From a virus (lineage: Duplodnaviria > Caudoviricetes): a stretch of DNA of 64,000 bases. The stretch lies in IMG/VR virus record IMGVR_UViG_3300032269_000703, positions 1 to 64,000 of that record; one strand, 5' to 3'. The notes under the pieces were generated by a model that made no database searches, was not told the DNA's origin, and worked only from the letters and a program-made list of their open reading frames with translations. Position numbers and translations under genes: made by a program. Numbering within the stretch: the stretch's first letter is position 1; each line of letters opens with the position of its first letter. Shown here in pieces: positions 27,617 through 35,622 of the stretch.

Positions 27617-28335
27617 TGGAGCTAGGTAGACAATTTAAACAACCACACCAGATGTCGCCTGATGAGTTTGCGGCACATCCTGCTGCTATCTTTCACGGCA
27701 CTTATTTGCCTGATGAAGATGTTATGGACGTGACTAATAGGCGTGGGTACCCTTCTTCTGGAGATAATTACTATGAGAACGGCAAGCCTATAGATGTAGT
27801 GCCAAAAATGCATTTAGGTACTTTTCAAGCTGCATTAGATGCTGTAATTCAAAATAGGAATAGTTATAGCGATAAAGCGACTATTCACACATATTGGCAA
27901 ACTCCTAAAGTGTCAGGTGCTACAGGTAATCTGCGTCTATCTAACTTTTTTAATGTAGATAAAGGTCCTTCTGAAGAAGACGTCAATAACCCAGAGAATG
28001 TGGCGCACTTTGTTCCAGGTGCACATTACTACGAGAATCAAAATGAAGGCGAAATAGGTGATCCTTCTTTTGCAACTGACACTCCTCACAAGTATTTGAC
28101 ATCACAAGCAGATTATGTTAAAGCAGCCTTAGATCGTGGTGTACCTGAATCTGAGATACACCCAAGAACATTAAAGCTATATAAAGCGGGTACTCTAGGA
28201 AAAATGACTATGCCAGCAAGAGTAGCTGACTACATGACTAAATATCACAATAAGCTAGGACCTTACACTAATGCAGGTCCTACATGGGATTACCTAAACT
28301 CTGAAGAAGAAGCGCCTAAAAGATCTGAAGAATAG
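27616..28335 (+). CDS. ADP-ribosyltransferase-like protein (polyvalent-protein type)
   Basis: IFHGT...MHLGTFQAA...YENQNEG; leader MELGRQF. Confidence 0.55.
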   Translation: MELGRQFKQPHQMSPDEFAAHPAAIFHGTYLPDEDVMDVTNRRGYPSSGDNYYENGKPIDVVPKMHLGTFQAALDAVIQNRNSYSDKATIHTYWQTPKVSGATGNLRLSNFFNVDKGPSEEDVNNPENVAHFVPGAHYYENQNEGEIGDPSFATDTPHKYLTSQADYVKAALDRGVPESEIHPRTLKLYKAGTLGKMTMPARVADYMTKYHNKLGPYTNAGPTWDYLNSEEEAPKRSEE

Positions 28336-28388
28336 ACATAAAACGCCAACGTAGGTAAGTATACTAGTACTTAGACGTAAGGATGTAC

Positions 28389-28895
28389 ATGACAGAATTA
28401 GGCGGGCAATTTAACTGCCCAGATTGTGGAAAGCCACAATATTCAGAAAATGGTTTTGAACCACACGACCACAGTGATACTTGCCCTACTTGTGGCGACT
28501 CTAAGGCAGATGGTCATTGGCACACCGGAATGAAGATTACTCTAGATCCTAGCGACCTTGATTTTTACAAAAAAGTAAATGAGATGGGTAAACTCCAGGG
28601 TCAACTAGATAATATCGATGCCACTAGAGAAGTAGACCTAACTAACAAAGCAGACCTTATAGACCACTTAGGATCTGACAATGGGCACGGTTTTTCTCCT
28701 TACGCAGACTGGTGCCACACATATGATGGCGAAGGTCTACGTACTACTTCTAAATGTAACGAAGAGATGGATCATGAGATGACCCTTACTCAGCTACAGA
28801 GTGTTCACCAGGAGCTTCATGAAAAGTATGGTGAAGATTATCCACACGAAAACACTGGTGACTGGCGTTCCGGCACTCACAGGCACTTGGAGTAA
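28389..28895 (+). CDS. Zinc-ribbon / His-rich protein
   Basis: Leader MTELGGQF then CPDC...H..CPTC...H. Confidence 0.55.
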   Translation: MTELGGQFNCPDCGKPQYSENGFEPHDHSDTCPTCGDSKADGHWHTGMKITLDPSDLDFYKKVNEMGKLQGQLDNIDATREVDLTNKADLIDHLGSDNGHGFSPYADWCHTYDGEGLRTTSKCNEEMDHEMTLTQLQSVHQELHEKYGEDYPHENTGDWRSGTHRHLE

Positions 28896-28898
28896 CCA

Positions 28899-29261
28899 AT
28901 GGGAAGAAGTAAAGCAAGCTTTAACGCTGCTGTTCCTTTGCATGATTTGACACAAGGATTTGGTCCAGATGTGTACGATAATCTAGATAAGCACGTTGTA
29001 AGTTCTGTTCTTAAAGATATTATTATTAGATCTAGAAATAAGCCGTCTAAACTTTCAAGGCTGCATATACTCGTCCCAACTGGTAGCCGCGGGGTGAACC
29101 AAGGAGACATAGGATTTTTAGATCGTGAAGATGCTGCACGAGAAGGAAGAGCTACTATGCCAGATGGTTTTAGACTAACAACTAGGAACCTACCTGCTAA
29201 ATATCTGTTTACGACTGGCGATCTTAGCAGATGGACTTGGAACCCAGGAAAGACTGAATAA
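28899..29261 (+). CDS. Degenerate ART-like domain protein
   Basis: LVP...GVNQGDI...LPAKYLFTTGDLSRW resembles an ART-fold module of polyvalent proteins; leader MGRSKASF. Confidence 0.4.
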   Translation: MGRSKASFNAAVPLHDLTQGFGPDVYDNLDKHVVSSVLKDIIIRSRNKPSKLSRLHILVPTGSRGVNQGDIGFLDREDAAREGRATMPDGFRLTTRNLPAKYLFTTGDLSRWTWNPGKTE

Positions 29262-29716
29262 TGACTGAACAAGGATCCCAATTTACATGTCCACAATGTG
29301 GTACGCCGCAGTTTACTGCAGAGTTTGGTTTTGAACGCCATTATCATGAACCTAATGATGTAAAAGACCCATGTGTTTTTTGTGGTGAAAGTACTGCACC
29401 TGCTAAAGGAGCTAATTTAGGTAATTTAGACCTAGGTGAACTTTTTAAAACAAATTCCTTAATAAATTCTAAGTTTGTAAATAGACTTCCGGGAACTTGG
29501 CAAGATCCAAATGACCCAAAGAAAACAATAGAAGGTTATGCGTGTGCTGACTGTATGAGTTCTGATTGTAAAACATGTGGTAAGCCAGTTCGTTTAGATG
29601 AAGAAGTTGTAGATAAAAATGGAGAGTGGCACCACCATGGATGTTTAAACCCAAAAGACGCAGATGAATATTATCAAGACTGTGAATGCGATGATTGTGA
29701 AAAGTGGCGTAAATGA
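29261..29716 (+). CDS. Multi-zinc-finger protein, N-terminus paralogous to 28389
   Basis: Leader MTEQGSQF then CPQC, CVFC, CADC, CKTC...HHGC. Confidence 0.55.
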   Translation: MTEQGSQFTCPQCGTPQFTAEFGFERHYHEPNDVKDPCVFCGESTAPAKGANLGNLDLGELFKTNSLINSKFVNRLPGTWQDPNDPKKTIEGYACADCMSSDCKTCGKPVRLDEEVVDKNGEWHHHGCLNPKDADEYYQDCECDDCEKWRK

Positions 29717-30327
29717 CAAGCTTAAGCCCAATGTTTGATGATGATTATTTAAAGAATCCAGATGACTACGTAACACTCTACCGTGGTCGTGAGCACTATT
29801 GGAGCTGGGAGCTGCCTAAGACACAAGAAGACCTAAAAGGTCTAGGAATGCATTGGACAACAGACCCACGTATTGCTGCTCATTTTGGTTCTGGTTGGAA
29901 CGATATGGATAACGATGAGCCTAACTCTAAAGGAAAAACAACAAGAACTGCTGGTGGTCACGTTGTTACAGCTAGAGTACACAAAAGCGGCATTATTGAG
30001 CGCGGAACTCCTGAATGGAATTCTTTTGCCAAACGTCACGCTATTGCAGGATTTGGAGATGAAGACCCTACAACTGAATCAAGTAATTTTGAAAAAGAAG
30101 TAACTATACGTCCAGGAACTCCACTTTATGTAACTAATGTTGTGCCTGTTAGAGAACTTGGATTAGAAGCTTCTCCTGCTTTAAGACAAGTAACTGGAGC
30201 AAAACGCAATACGCCTGTGTATGGTATTAAAGGTAAACTTAAAGGTAAAAAATGGGGACCAACATTAGTAGACAAGGCAGCTGTGGATAAAGGCGGATAT
30301 GTCAAAAAAGGTAAGGGAACTGCATAA
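29713..30327 (+). CDS. ADP-ribosyltransferase (R-S/T-ExE type, Alt/Mod-like chemistry)
   Basis: VTLYRG...LGMHWTTDPRIAAHF...FEKEVTI; leader MTSLSPMF. Confidence 0.65.
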   Translation: MTSLSPMFDDDYLKNPDDYVTLYRGREHYWSWELPKTQEDLKGLGMHWTTDPRIAAHFGSGWNDMDNDEPNSKGKTTRTAGGHVVTARVHKSGIIERGTPEWNSFAKRHAIAGFGDEDPTTESSNFEKEVTIRPGTPLYVTNVVPVRELGLEASPALRQVTGAKRNTPVYGIKGKLKGKKWGPTLVDKAAVDKGGYVKKGKGTA

Positions 30328-30405
30328 TGCCAAAATTAGGCGCAATTAGCAGCCGAAAACGATATTAGATAGATATAATAACCTTATTAAACAAAAGGAT
30401 TGACT

Positions 30406-30627
30406 ATGAAGAATAAACCTGGAAATGGAAAGCAAGTACTTAAAACTGCTTTAACAGGAATGGGCACAGGTGCTATCATTGGAAGCACTATACACCCAGA
30501 CAATCTTCTCTATGTAGCAGGTAGCTCTCTTCTTGGCGGTATGGCTGCTACTGGTGTTGCAGGTCTAAAAGGCGAAGGTAAGCGTAATAAGAGTTTCAAT
30601 GAAGGCAAAGACAACTCTAGACGATAA
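30406..30627 (+). CDS. Small glycine-zipper membrane protein
   Basis: GxxxG-rich hydrophobic helices; C-terminal KRNKSF. Confidence 0.45.
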   Translation: MKNKPGNGKQVLKTALTGMGTGAIIGSTIHPDNLLYVAGSSLLGGMAATGVAGLKGEGKRNKSFNEGKDNSRR

Positions 30628-31151
30628 TGAGCCTACACCACATTGAAGCATTAGCTACTTTAGCTAATATGCACTATATTGCTAGCCAAATACACGCGCG
30701 CACGCCTGTGAACGACGAAACAGGTAAAAGCATTGTTGATTACATGGATGATGCCACTAAGCACCTTAATCAGTCTCTACTTCATTCAAACACCGGTAAT
30801 GCACAGAGTTCTTTATTTTCTTTAAGACAAACATACCAGCACACACAGGGTGTTATGAATATGCTTTTGGAAGCAGGAGAGCACCAGATCAACGAAGCTG
30901 AAAACGGCAGAATGCTTGGAAGCGATCTTATTAAGAATATGACTGATATGAACGCATTTGTTGACCACCATGCCGCATTTTTAGACAAAGGCAAAGCGAT
31001 TGTTGCTGATCAGCAAGAAAAAGGTTTAGCCCAAAAAGATTTACAAAACAACGCTAAAGATGTCATTGAGGGTATTGCAGATGACAACAACCTTTTTCTT
31101 CCAGGCAGCTGGGTAAACCGTGGCAATAACAAAGCCCCGAATGGAGAGTAA
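30627..31151 (+). CDS. Helical His-rich hypothetical protein
   Basis: 174 aa, coupled. Confidence 0.5.
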   Translation: MSLHHIEALATLANMHYIASQIHARTPVNDETGKSIVDYMDDATKHLNQSLLHSNTGNAQSSLFSLRQTYQHTQGVMNMLLEAGEHQINEAENGRMLGSDLIKNMTDMNAFVDHHAAFLDKGKAIVADQQEKGLAQKDLQNNAKDVIEGIADDNNLFLPGSWVNRGNNKAPNGE

Positions 31152-31588
31152 TGTCACACAGTGATAATCCTTATGGCTGGGAGTCTAATGATGACTATAG
31201 CCAGCCACAGAATATAGAGCCTGTATATCAGCAACTTTTGGGTCATCTAGCTAATGCACATAAAATTGCTGTTCAATATCCTAAATGGAGATCGCTTGGT
31301 AGACATATTCCTCGTATTGAAGCAGCTAGAGAACTTGTTAAAGAAGCGGCTATACACTCCGCATCTTTTTTGACAGGTAGAGCCGTAGGATCTTTACATG
31401 AAGCTATGGATGCAGTAACCCCTGTAATTAGCGATTCTTATAAAGATACAATGCCTCATGACTATGACGGTGCTGTAGATCCTAGAGACCCTGCTATTAA
31501 ATTCCATAATCACATGTCTGATTTCTTTTTTAAAGCACACAAAGAAACTGGTGGTTCATTACCTGGAGAAGAAGGTTGGGATAACTAA
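31151..31588 (+). CDS. Helical His-rich hypothetical protein
   Basis: 145 aa, coupled. Confidence 0.5.
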   Translation: MSHSDNPYGWESNDDYSQPQNIEPVYQQLLGHLANAHKIAVQYPKWRSLGRHIPRIEAARELVKEAAIHSASFLTGRAVGSLHEAMDAVTPVISDSYKDTMPHDYDGAVDPRDPAIKFHNHMSDFFFKAHKETGGSLPGEEGWDN

Positions 31589-32301
31589 TGGCTTTTAAAC
31601 CTATTAAGATTTGGGCTGGTAGAAACAGCGTTCCTATGAGAGAAGATCTAGAAGCTTCTAATAGTGATGCCGTAGAAGCTATACGTTCCGATATTAAACA
31701 AAAGTATGGCGAAACATCTCTAAATTGGGGTTTAAAGATTCCTGAAGCTGATGCAGAGTTTCGTGCTCGTTATAATGAGCTTCCAAGTACTTATGACGCC
31801 GCTAACTTTAAACTGTTTCATAATTCTGAGCACAAGTTTGAGCCTGGTGATATTGTAAAGCCAACTATGTCAATATACCATGCTGCTGGTGAACAAGGTA
31901 TGGATGATGAAGAACGCAAAGGTATGAGCAAAAAATACCATGCTTGGGCTGCAGCAACTCCTGATTACCAAAAAACACGTGGTAGATACACTTATGAGGT
32001 AGAGCCTATTACAAAACACAGTTGGGTTCAAGAAGATCCAGTAGGTTTTGAAAATGGCGAATTTGCTGCTCCAGAGGGTTACAGGGTCAAACAAGTAGTT
32101 TGGGATAAAGAAAAAGATTCTTGCCCTACTTGTGAAGGTAATGGAGTGCATCTTAGGGTATACCAAAACGCGTATCCATATCATCCAGAATGCACTGATT
32201 GTTTTGGAACAGGGTTGTCTACATCAAAAATTGTTGGATTACAAAAAGCCGGTCATAAGCTAGATGAAATAAAAGCATTTAAAGCTCCGATAGATTATTA
32301 A
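31588..32301 (+). CDS. Arr-like ADP-ribosyltransferase with DnaJ-type zinc finger
   Basis: LFHNSEHKFEPGDIVKP...AWAAA...YTYEVEP...DP...EF; CPTCEGNG and CTDCFGTG. Confidence 0.55.
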   Translation: MAFKPIKIWAGRNSVPMREDLEASNSDAVEAIRSDIKQKYGETSLNWGLKIPEADAEFRARYNELPSTYDAANFKLFHNSEHKFEPGDIVKPTMSIYHAAGEQGMDDEERKGMSKKYHAWAAATPDYQKTRGRYTYEVEPITKHSWVQEDPVGFENGEFAAPEGYRVKQVVWDKEKDSCPTCEGNGVHLRVYQNAYPYHPECTDCFGTGLSTSKIVGLQKAGHKLDEIKAFKAPIDY

Positions 32302-32304
32302 ATT

Positions 32305-32604
32305 ATGGGTAAAAGAAAAAAGCCAGTACAAAGTGAAGCAGCTGAATTAGCTGAACTACAAGAAGCTGCTAGCCAAGAGCACAATAGAAGATGTTCAGAT
32401 ATCTTTAATGAGTACCCTGAAGATGAACACGATACTCTTCGCAATGATTTAATGGATCAAGCTGCTCATGATATTAATGAAGAATTTATTAAGCAGTATC
32501 CTGTATGGGCTAAAGCTTATGGACCTAAACCTCCTAAATCAATACAGTTTAAAAAAATCCAAGGAAATATTGGATTAGATATTGGAGCTAAAAAGTATGA
32601 CTAA
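32305..32604 (+). CDS. Hypothetical protein
   Basis: 99 aa. Confidence 0.5.
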   Translation: MGKRKKPVQSEAAELAELQEAASQEHNRRCSDIFNEYPEDEHDTLRNDLMDQAAHDINEEFIKQYPVWAKAYGPKPPKSIQFKKIQGNIGLDIGAKKYD

Positions 32605-32947
32605 TCCAGAAGAATTTGATTTTAGTCATATTAATGAGACTAACGCTCCTAGAACAATGGGAGAGCTACACGAATTAACTGAAGGTAGACCTCTTAGTAG
32701 AGCACAATGGAATAACATTATGGAGTTAGGTCTTAAACGCACCGCTAATGAAGAAGCAAATCCACCTAAGCCTGTTCCTGAAGGAATGGCTAATCCTAAT
32801 CTAGGTGATCTAGAGTCTGAAGTTGGTGCTCAAAAAGTTGGCTGCAATAACTGTGGCGAACTAATGTCTCGTGATCAGCATAAAGAAGAAGGCGGATTAT
32901 GCTTTGATTGCTGGAAAACTCAACAGGAAGAGGATAGACATGAGTAA
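32597..32947 (+). CDS. Hypothetical protein with C-terminal zinc ribbon
   Basis: Start MTNPEEFDFS; CNNC...CFDC. Confidence 0.5.
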   Translation: MTNPEEFDFSHINETNAPRTMGELHELTEGRPLSRAQWNNIMELGLKRTANEEANPPKPVPEGMANPNLGDLESEVGAQKVGCNNCGELMSRDQHKEEGGLCFDCWKTQQEEDRHE

Positions 32948-33245
32948 ATCACCTGCATGGCAAAGAGCAGAAGGAAAGAACCCTAAAGGCGGTCTTAATG
33001 CCAAGGGTAGAGCTTCTGCTAAAAAAGAGGGGCATAACCTCAAAGCACCTGTAAAAAAGGGCGACAATCCTCGTAGAGCCTCTTTCTTGGCTAGAATGGC
33101 TGGCAACCCAGGTCCAGAGCGTAAACCCAATGGTGAGCCTACTAGACTGCTTTTAAGCCTAGAAGCATGGGGTGCCTCATCTAAAGCTGACGCTAGACAA
33201 AAAGCTGCTGCTATTCGTAAGCGTAATGAAGGAAAGAAGAAGTAA
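32940..33245 (+). CDS. Conserved basic phage protein (DUF6321-like)
   Basis: MSKSPAWQRAEGKNPKGGLNAKGRAS...RRASFLARM. Confidence 0.65.
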   Translation: MSKSPAWQRAEGKNPKGGLNAKGRASAKKEGHNLKAPVKKGDNPRRASFLARMAGNPGPERKPNGEPTRLLLSLEAWGASSKADARQKAAAIRKRNEGKKK

Positions 33246-33406
33246 TGGCTACTAAAAAAGTTTGGGAAAAACCAGATCCTACTAAAAAAGACAAGCCTCT
33301 AAGCAAAAAGCAAAAATCATCGGCTAAAGCTCGTGCCAAAGCTGCTGGTCGTCCATACCCTAACCTAGTAGATAACATGGCGGCTTCTAGAAAGAAAAAG
33401 AAGTAA
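33245..33406 (+). CDS. Small basic protein (53 aa)
   Basis: MATKKVWEKP...AKARAKAAGRPYPNLVDNM; coupled at both ends. Confidence 0.6.
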   Translation: MATKKVWEKPDPTKKDKPLSKKQKSSAKARAKAAGRPYPNLVDNMAASRKKKK

Positions 33407-33762
33407 TGGATGAACAAAATCTAAACGATCAGCAGTTTGGTCCTTGGAAAATGACTCCTACCATGAAGGCTGTTCATGAGTATATGAAAACTAGACATGT
33501 TGGTGTAGAAAACAGAGGCGGTATGTGGGACATTGCAGCAGCTACTGTTACAAACCATAAAAAACAGTATTTAACTAATGCTAAACATGAAGCCCACTTT
33601 GAGGCATTAAATCGTCTAATTGATAATGGAATTGTAAAAAAGAACTCTGGAGACTACCATAATGGAGATGATATCGATACTGCGTGGATTCCTGTAGAAG
33701 GTGAAAAAACTGTAAAAGAACTGTACATGGAAGAACTTGAACATAAATTTGGCAGTCAGTAA
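33406..33762 (+). CDS. Possible winged-helix protein
   Basis: MWDIAAA...EALNRLIDNGIVKK; leader NLNDQQF. Confidence 0.45.
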   Translation: MDEQNLNDQQFGPWKMTPTMKAVHEYMKTRHVGVENRGGMWDIAAATVTNHKKQYLTNAKHEAHFEALNRLIDNGIVKKNSGDYHNGDDIDTAWIPVEGEKTVKELYMEELEHKFGSQ

Positions 33763-34172
33763 TGGGTAGAAATACTGCAGCATTTCAAGGTGGTCAAGGA
33801 CTATCTATTGTTCATGATAAAGGACAAAAAGTATCTTTACACAAAGTTGGAGAAGGTGAGGTATCTAGTATAGATTACCATTTACCAGAACCAAATAGGG
33901 TATACATTTCTATGATGAATACTCCATGGGAGTATGAAGGTAATGGGTATTCTTCTTACCTAGTAAACCATCTGTATAACTATTACCCAAACCACACAAT
34001 AGATTTTGGCGATATTGTCCACCCAGCGGCAGAACACATTATGGAAAAGATGATGTCACAACATGGCAGAACAGTATACAGCACTTCGTCTAAAGACTGG
34101 ACTTGCAAAGAGTGCGGAGAAGAAAATTTTTCTAGAGATATGTTACGTGAGCATGAAGAAGAGAATCACTAA
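33762..34172 (+). CDS. GNAT-fold acetyltransferase-like protein with C2H2 finger
   Basis: ISMMNTPWEYEGNGYSSYLV (motif A-like); CKEC...H...H; leader MGRNTAAF. Confidence 0.6.
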   Translation: MGRNTAAFQGGQGLSIVHDKGQKVSLHKVGEGEVSSIDYHLPEPNRVYISMMNTPWEYEGNGYSSYLVNHLYNYYPNHTIDFGDIVHPAAEHIMEKMMSQHGRTVYSTSSKDWTCKECGEENFSRDMLREHEEENH

Positions 34173-34531
34173 TGGGTAGAAATAATGCAGACTTCCATGG
34201 TTACACTCTAGAGTTTGAGCACGCTGATACTTCTCCTGTAGAAGACTGTGATCACCACAGAGTAGATGCTTTTGATAAAGATGATGAGCATGTAGGCAGT
34301 TTAATATGGTTCACGCATGACGCGGGCGCGCGTACCCCAGGCGCAATAGACGTAGATGTAGACCCTGAACACCAGCGTAAAGGTATAGCTACTGCTATGT
34401 ACAAGTTTGCTTTACAAAAAGCTGCTGAACATAACATTATTAAGCCAGATCTACTTAGGTCTTCGTATGGACCTGAAGGGTATAGATGGGCTAGATCTTT
34501 AGGATTACCTAAGAAGTTTGGTGAAAGATAG
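34172..34531 (+). CDS. GNAT acetyltransferase
   Basis: VDVDPEHQRKGIATAMY acetyl-CoA binding motif; leader MGRNNADF. Confidence 0.8.
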   Translation: MGRNNADFHGYTLEFEHADTSPVEDCDHHRVDAFDKDDEHVGSLIWFTHDAGARTPGAIDVDVDPEHQRKGIATAMYKFALQKAAEHNIIKPDLLRSSYGPEGYRWARSLGLPKKFGER

Positions 34532-34540
34532 CATAATCTG

Positions 34541-34645
34541 TGCTATAATCTATGTAGGCACGCCAATTGGGTGCCATAAACAATAGTCTGCCTTATGGGG
34601 ACTTTGCCGTATGGCAGACGCTTATCTACGTCTAAGGAGTAGAAA
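34541..34645 (+). promoter_or_regulatory. Extended -10 promoter and structured 5' UTR of hsp20
   Basis: TGcTATAAT; hairpins GGCACgCC/GGGTGCC and GTCTGCC/GGCAGAC; AAGGAG flanked by TCTAC/GTAGA. Confidence 0.55.
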
Positions 34646-35167
34646 ATGCACATTAACGTACCAGATCCATGGGATAAACACAAAAACCCATATATTAACC
34701 CACATGATCCGTGGGATAAGAAAAAAGAGTGGGAAAAACCTGCTCCACCAAAGATTATTACAATTAATGATCTATTTCCTCGTTTAGACCGCCTTTCTAT
34801 TGGTTGGTCTCCACTTCTTGATCAACTCAAGGAGATTACTAACAACAAGCCAAGTTACCCTCCATATGACATTGTTCAGATGGATGAAGAGACAAACCTA
34901 CTCAACGTAGCTGTTGCTGGGTTTACTAAGAAGGAAGTTACTGTTACTGTAAAAGATTCAGCAATTACCATCGAAGGTAAGCAGAAAGAAAAGCAACGTG
35001 GCGAAGTTGTTTACCAGGGCATTGCTACACGGGACTTTAAGTTGTCGCTAGCAATTGCTGAATACTGGGAAGTTACTAATGCTCTAATGGAAAACGGTAT
35101 GTTGACTATTCAATTCAACAAGATCCTTCCTGAAGAGCTGAAGCCAAAGGTAATTGACATTAACTAG
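34646..35167 (+). CDS. Small heat-shock protein (Hsp20/IbpA family)
   Basis: SYPPYDIV...VAVAGF...YQGIATRDF...MENGMLTI...PEELKPKVIDI. Confidence 0.93.
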   Translation: MHINVPDPWDKHKNPYINPHDPWDKKKEWEKPAPPKIITINDLFPRLDRLSIGWSPLLDQLKEITNNKPSYPPYDIVQMDEETNLLNVAVAGFTKKEVTVTVKDSAITIEGKQKEKQRGEVVYQGIATRDFKLSLAIAEYWEVTNALMENGMLTIQFNKILPEELKPKVIDIN

Positions 35168-35182
35168 TTTTTAATGTAGACT
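35154..35182 (+). promoter_or_regulatory. Sigma70/SigA promoter driving the ncRNA cluster
   Basis: TTGACA (35154) - 17 bp - TAGACT (35177). Confidence 0.7.
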
Positions 35183-35189
35183 AGGTATA

Positions 35190-35219
35190 CCACCTGAGCA
35201 CGTGGACGTAAAACTGCTC
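35190..35219 (+). ncRNA. Compact H-type pseudoknot at the predicted transcript 5' end
   Basis: CCAC/GTGG stem; loop GAGCA pairs with downstream TGCTC across an AAAA linker. Confidence 0.45.
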
Positions 35220-35222
35220 TTA

Positions 35223-35305
35223 GGGCTAGAAATGGTGTCGATTGCAGAACAAAGCCGCATGTCGGAGTCTGTAAGACCGCAGTTCAATTCTGCGCTGGTC
35301 CACGC
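35223..35305 (+). ncRNA. tmRNA tRNA-like domain only (mini-tmRNA, no mRNA-like domain)
   Basis: Acceptor GGGCTAG/CTGGTCC with G3.U wobble and discriminator A; unpaired D-loop AAATGGTGTCGA; stem TTGCAGA/TCTGTAA; GAC linker; T-arm CGCAG-TTCAATT-CTGCG. Confidence 0.7.
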
Positions 35306-35361
35306 TTGTAGACAAAGGAGCGTTTTAGCGGTCTACCCGTCCTAGGCAACGGAATCTCCAA

Positions 35362-35435
35362 GGACTGGCGTAGCCATGGGCTACGAGTCGATTCGGTAGG
35401 TAGTAGTCGGTAGTGCAAATCTACACAGTCCACGC
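35362..35435 (+). ncRNA. Atypical tRNA-like RNA
   Basis: GGACTG/CAGTCC acceptor; CGTAGCC/GGCTACG arm; CGATT/AGTCG arm with 11-nt loop; GTAG-TGCAAAT-CTAC T-arm; 3' ACGC. Confidence 0.5.
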
Positions 35436-35448
35436 ATGGAAGGAAAAT

Positions 35449-35622
35449 ATGCCAACGTATCAATACACGTGTAAAGAGTGTGACTCTACAATTAGTCACC
35501 TCATACCTATTAATGAACCATTAATAACTCCTAAATGCCTGTCCTGTCAACAGGAAATGGAAAGGATATTTGCCGTTCCTAGTATTACATTTCGTGGTGG
35601 TGGTTGGGGCAGTAGCCGTTGA
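35449..35622 (+). CDS. FmdB-family zinc-ribbon protein
   Basis: MPTYQYTCKEC...CLSC..EMERIF..PSITFRGGGW. Confidence 0.85.
   Translation: MPTYQYTCKECDSTISHLIPINEPLITPKCLSCQQEMERIFAVPSITFRGGGWGSSR

Noticed and set aside
35190-35219. Hammerhead ribozyme or preQ1 riboswitch
   Set aside because: CTGAGCA is not the CUGANGA core, there is no GAAA partner, and the preQ1-I consensus is not matched; reported only as an unnamed pseudoknot.
35284-35499. Minus-strand 71-aa ORF and 5' extension of the FmdB ORF to 35413
   Set aside because: Both overlap the structured RNAs; FmdB has its own GGAAGGA RBS before the ATG at 35449.
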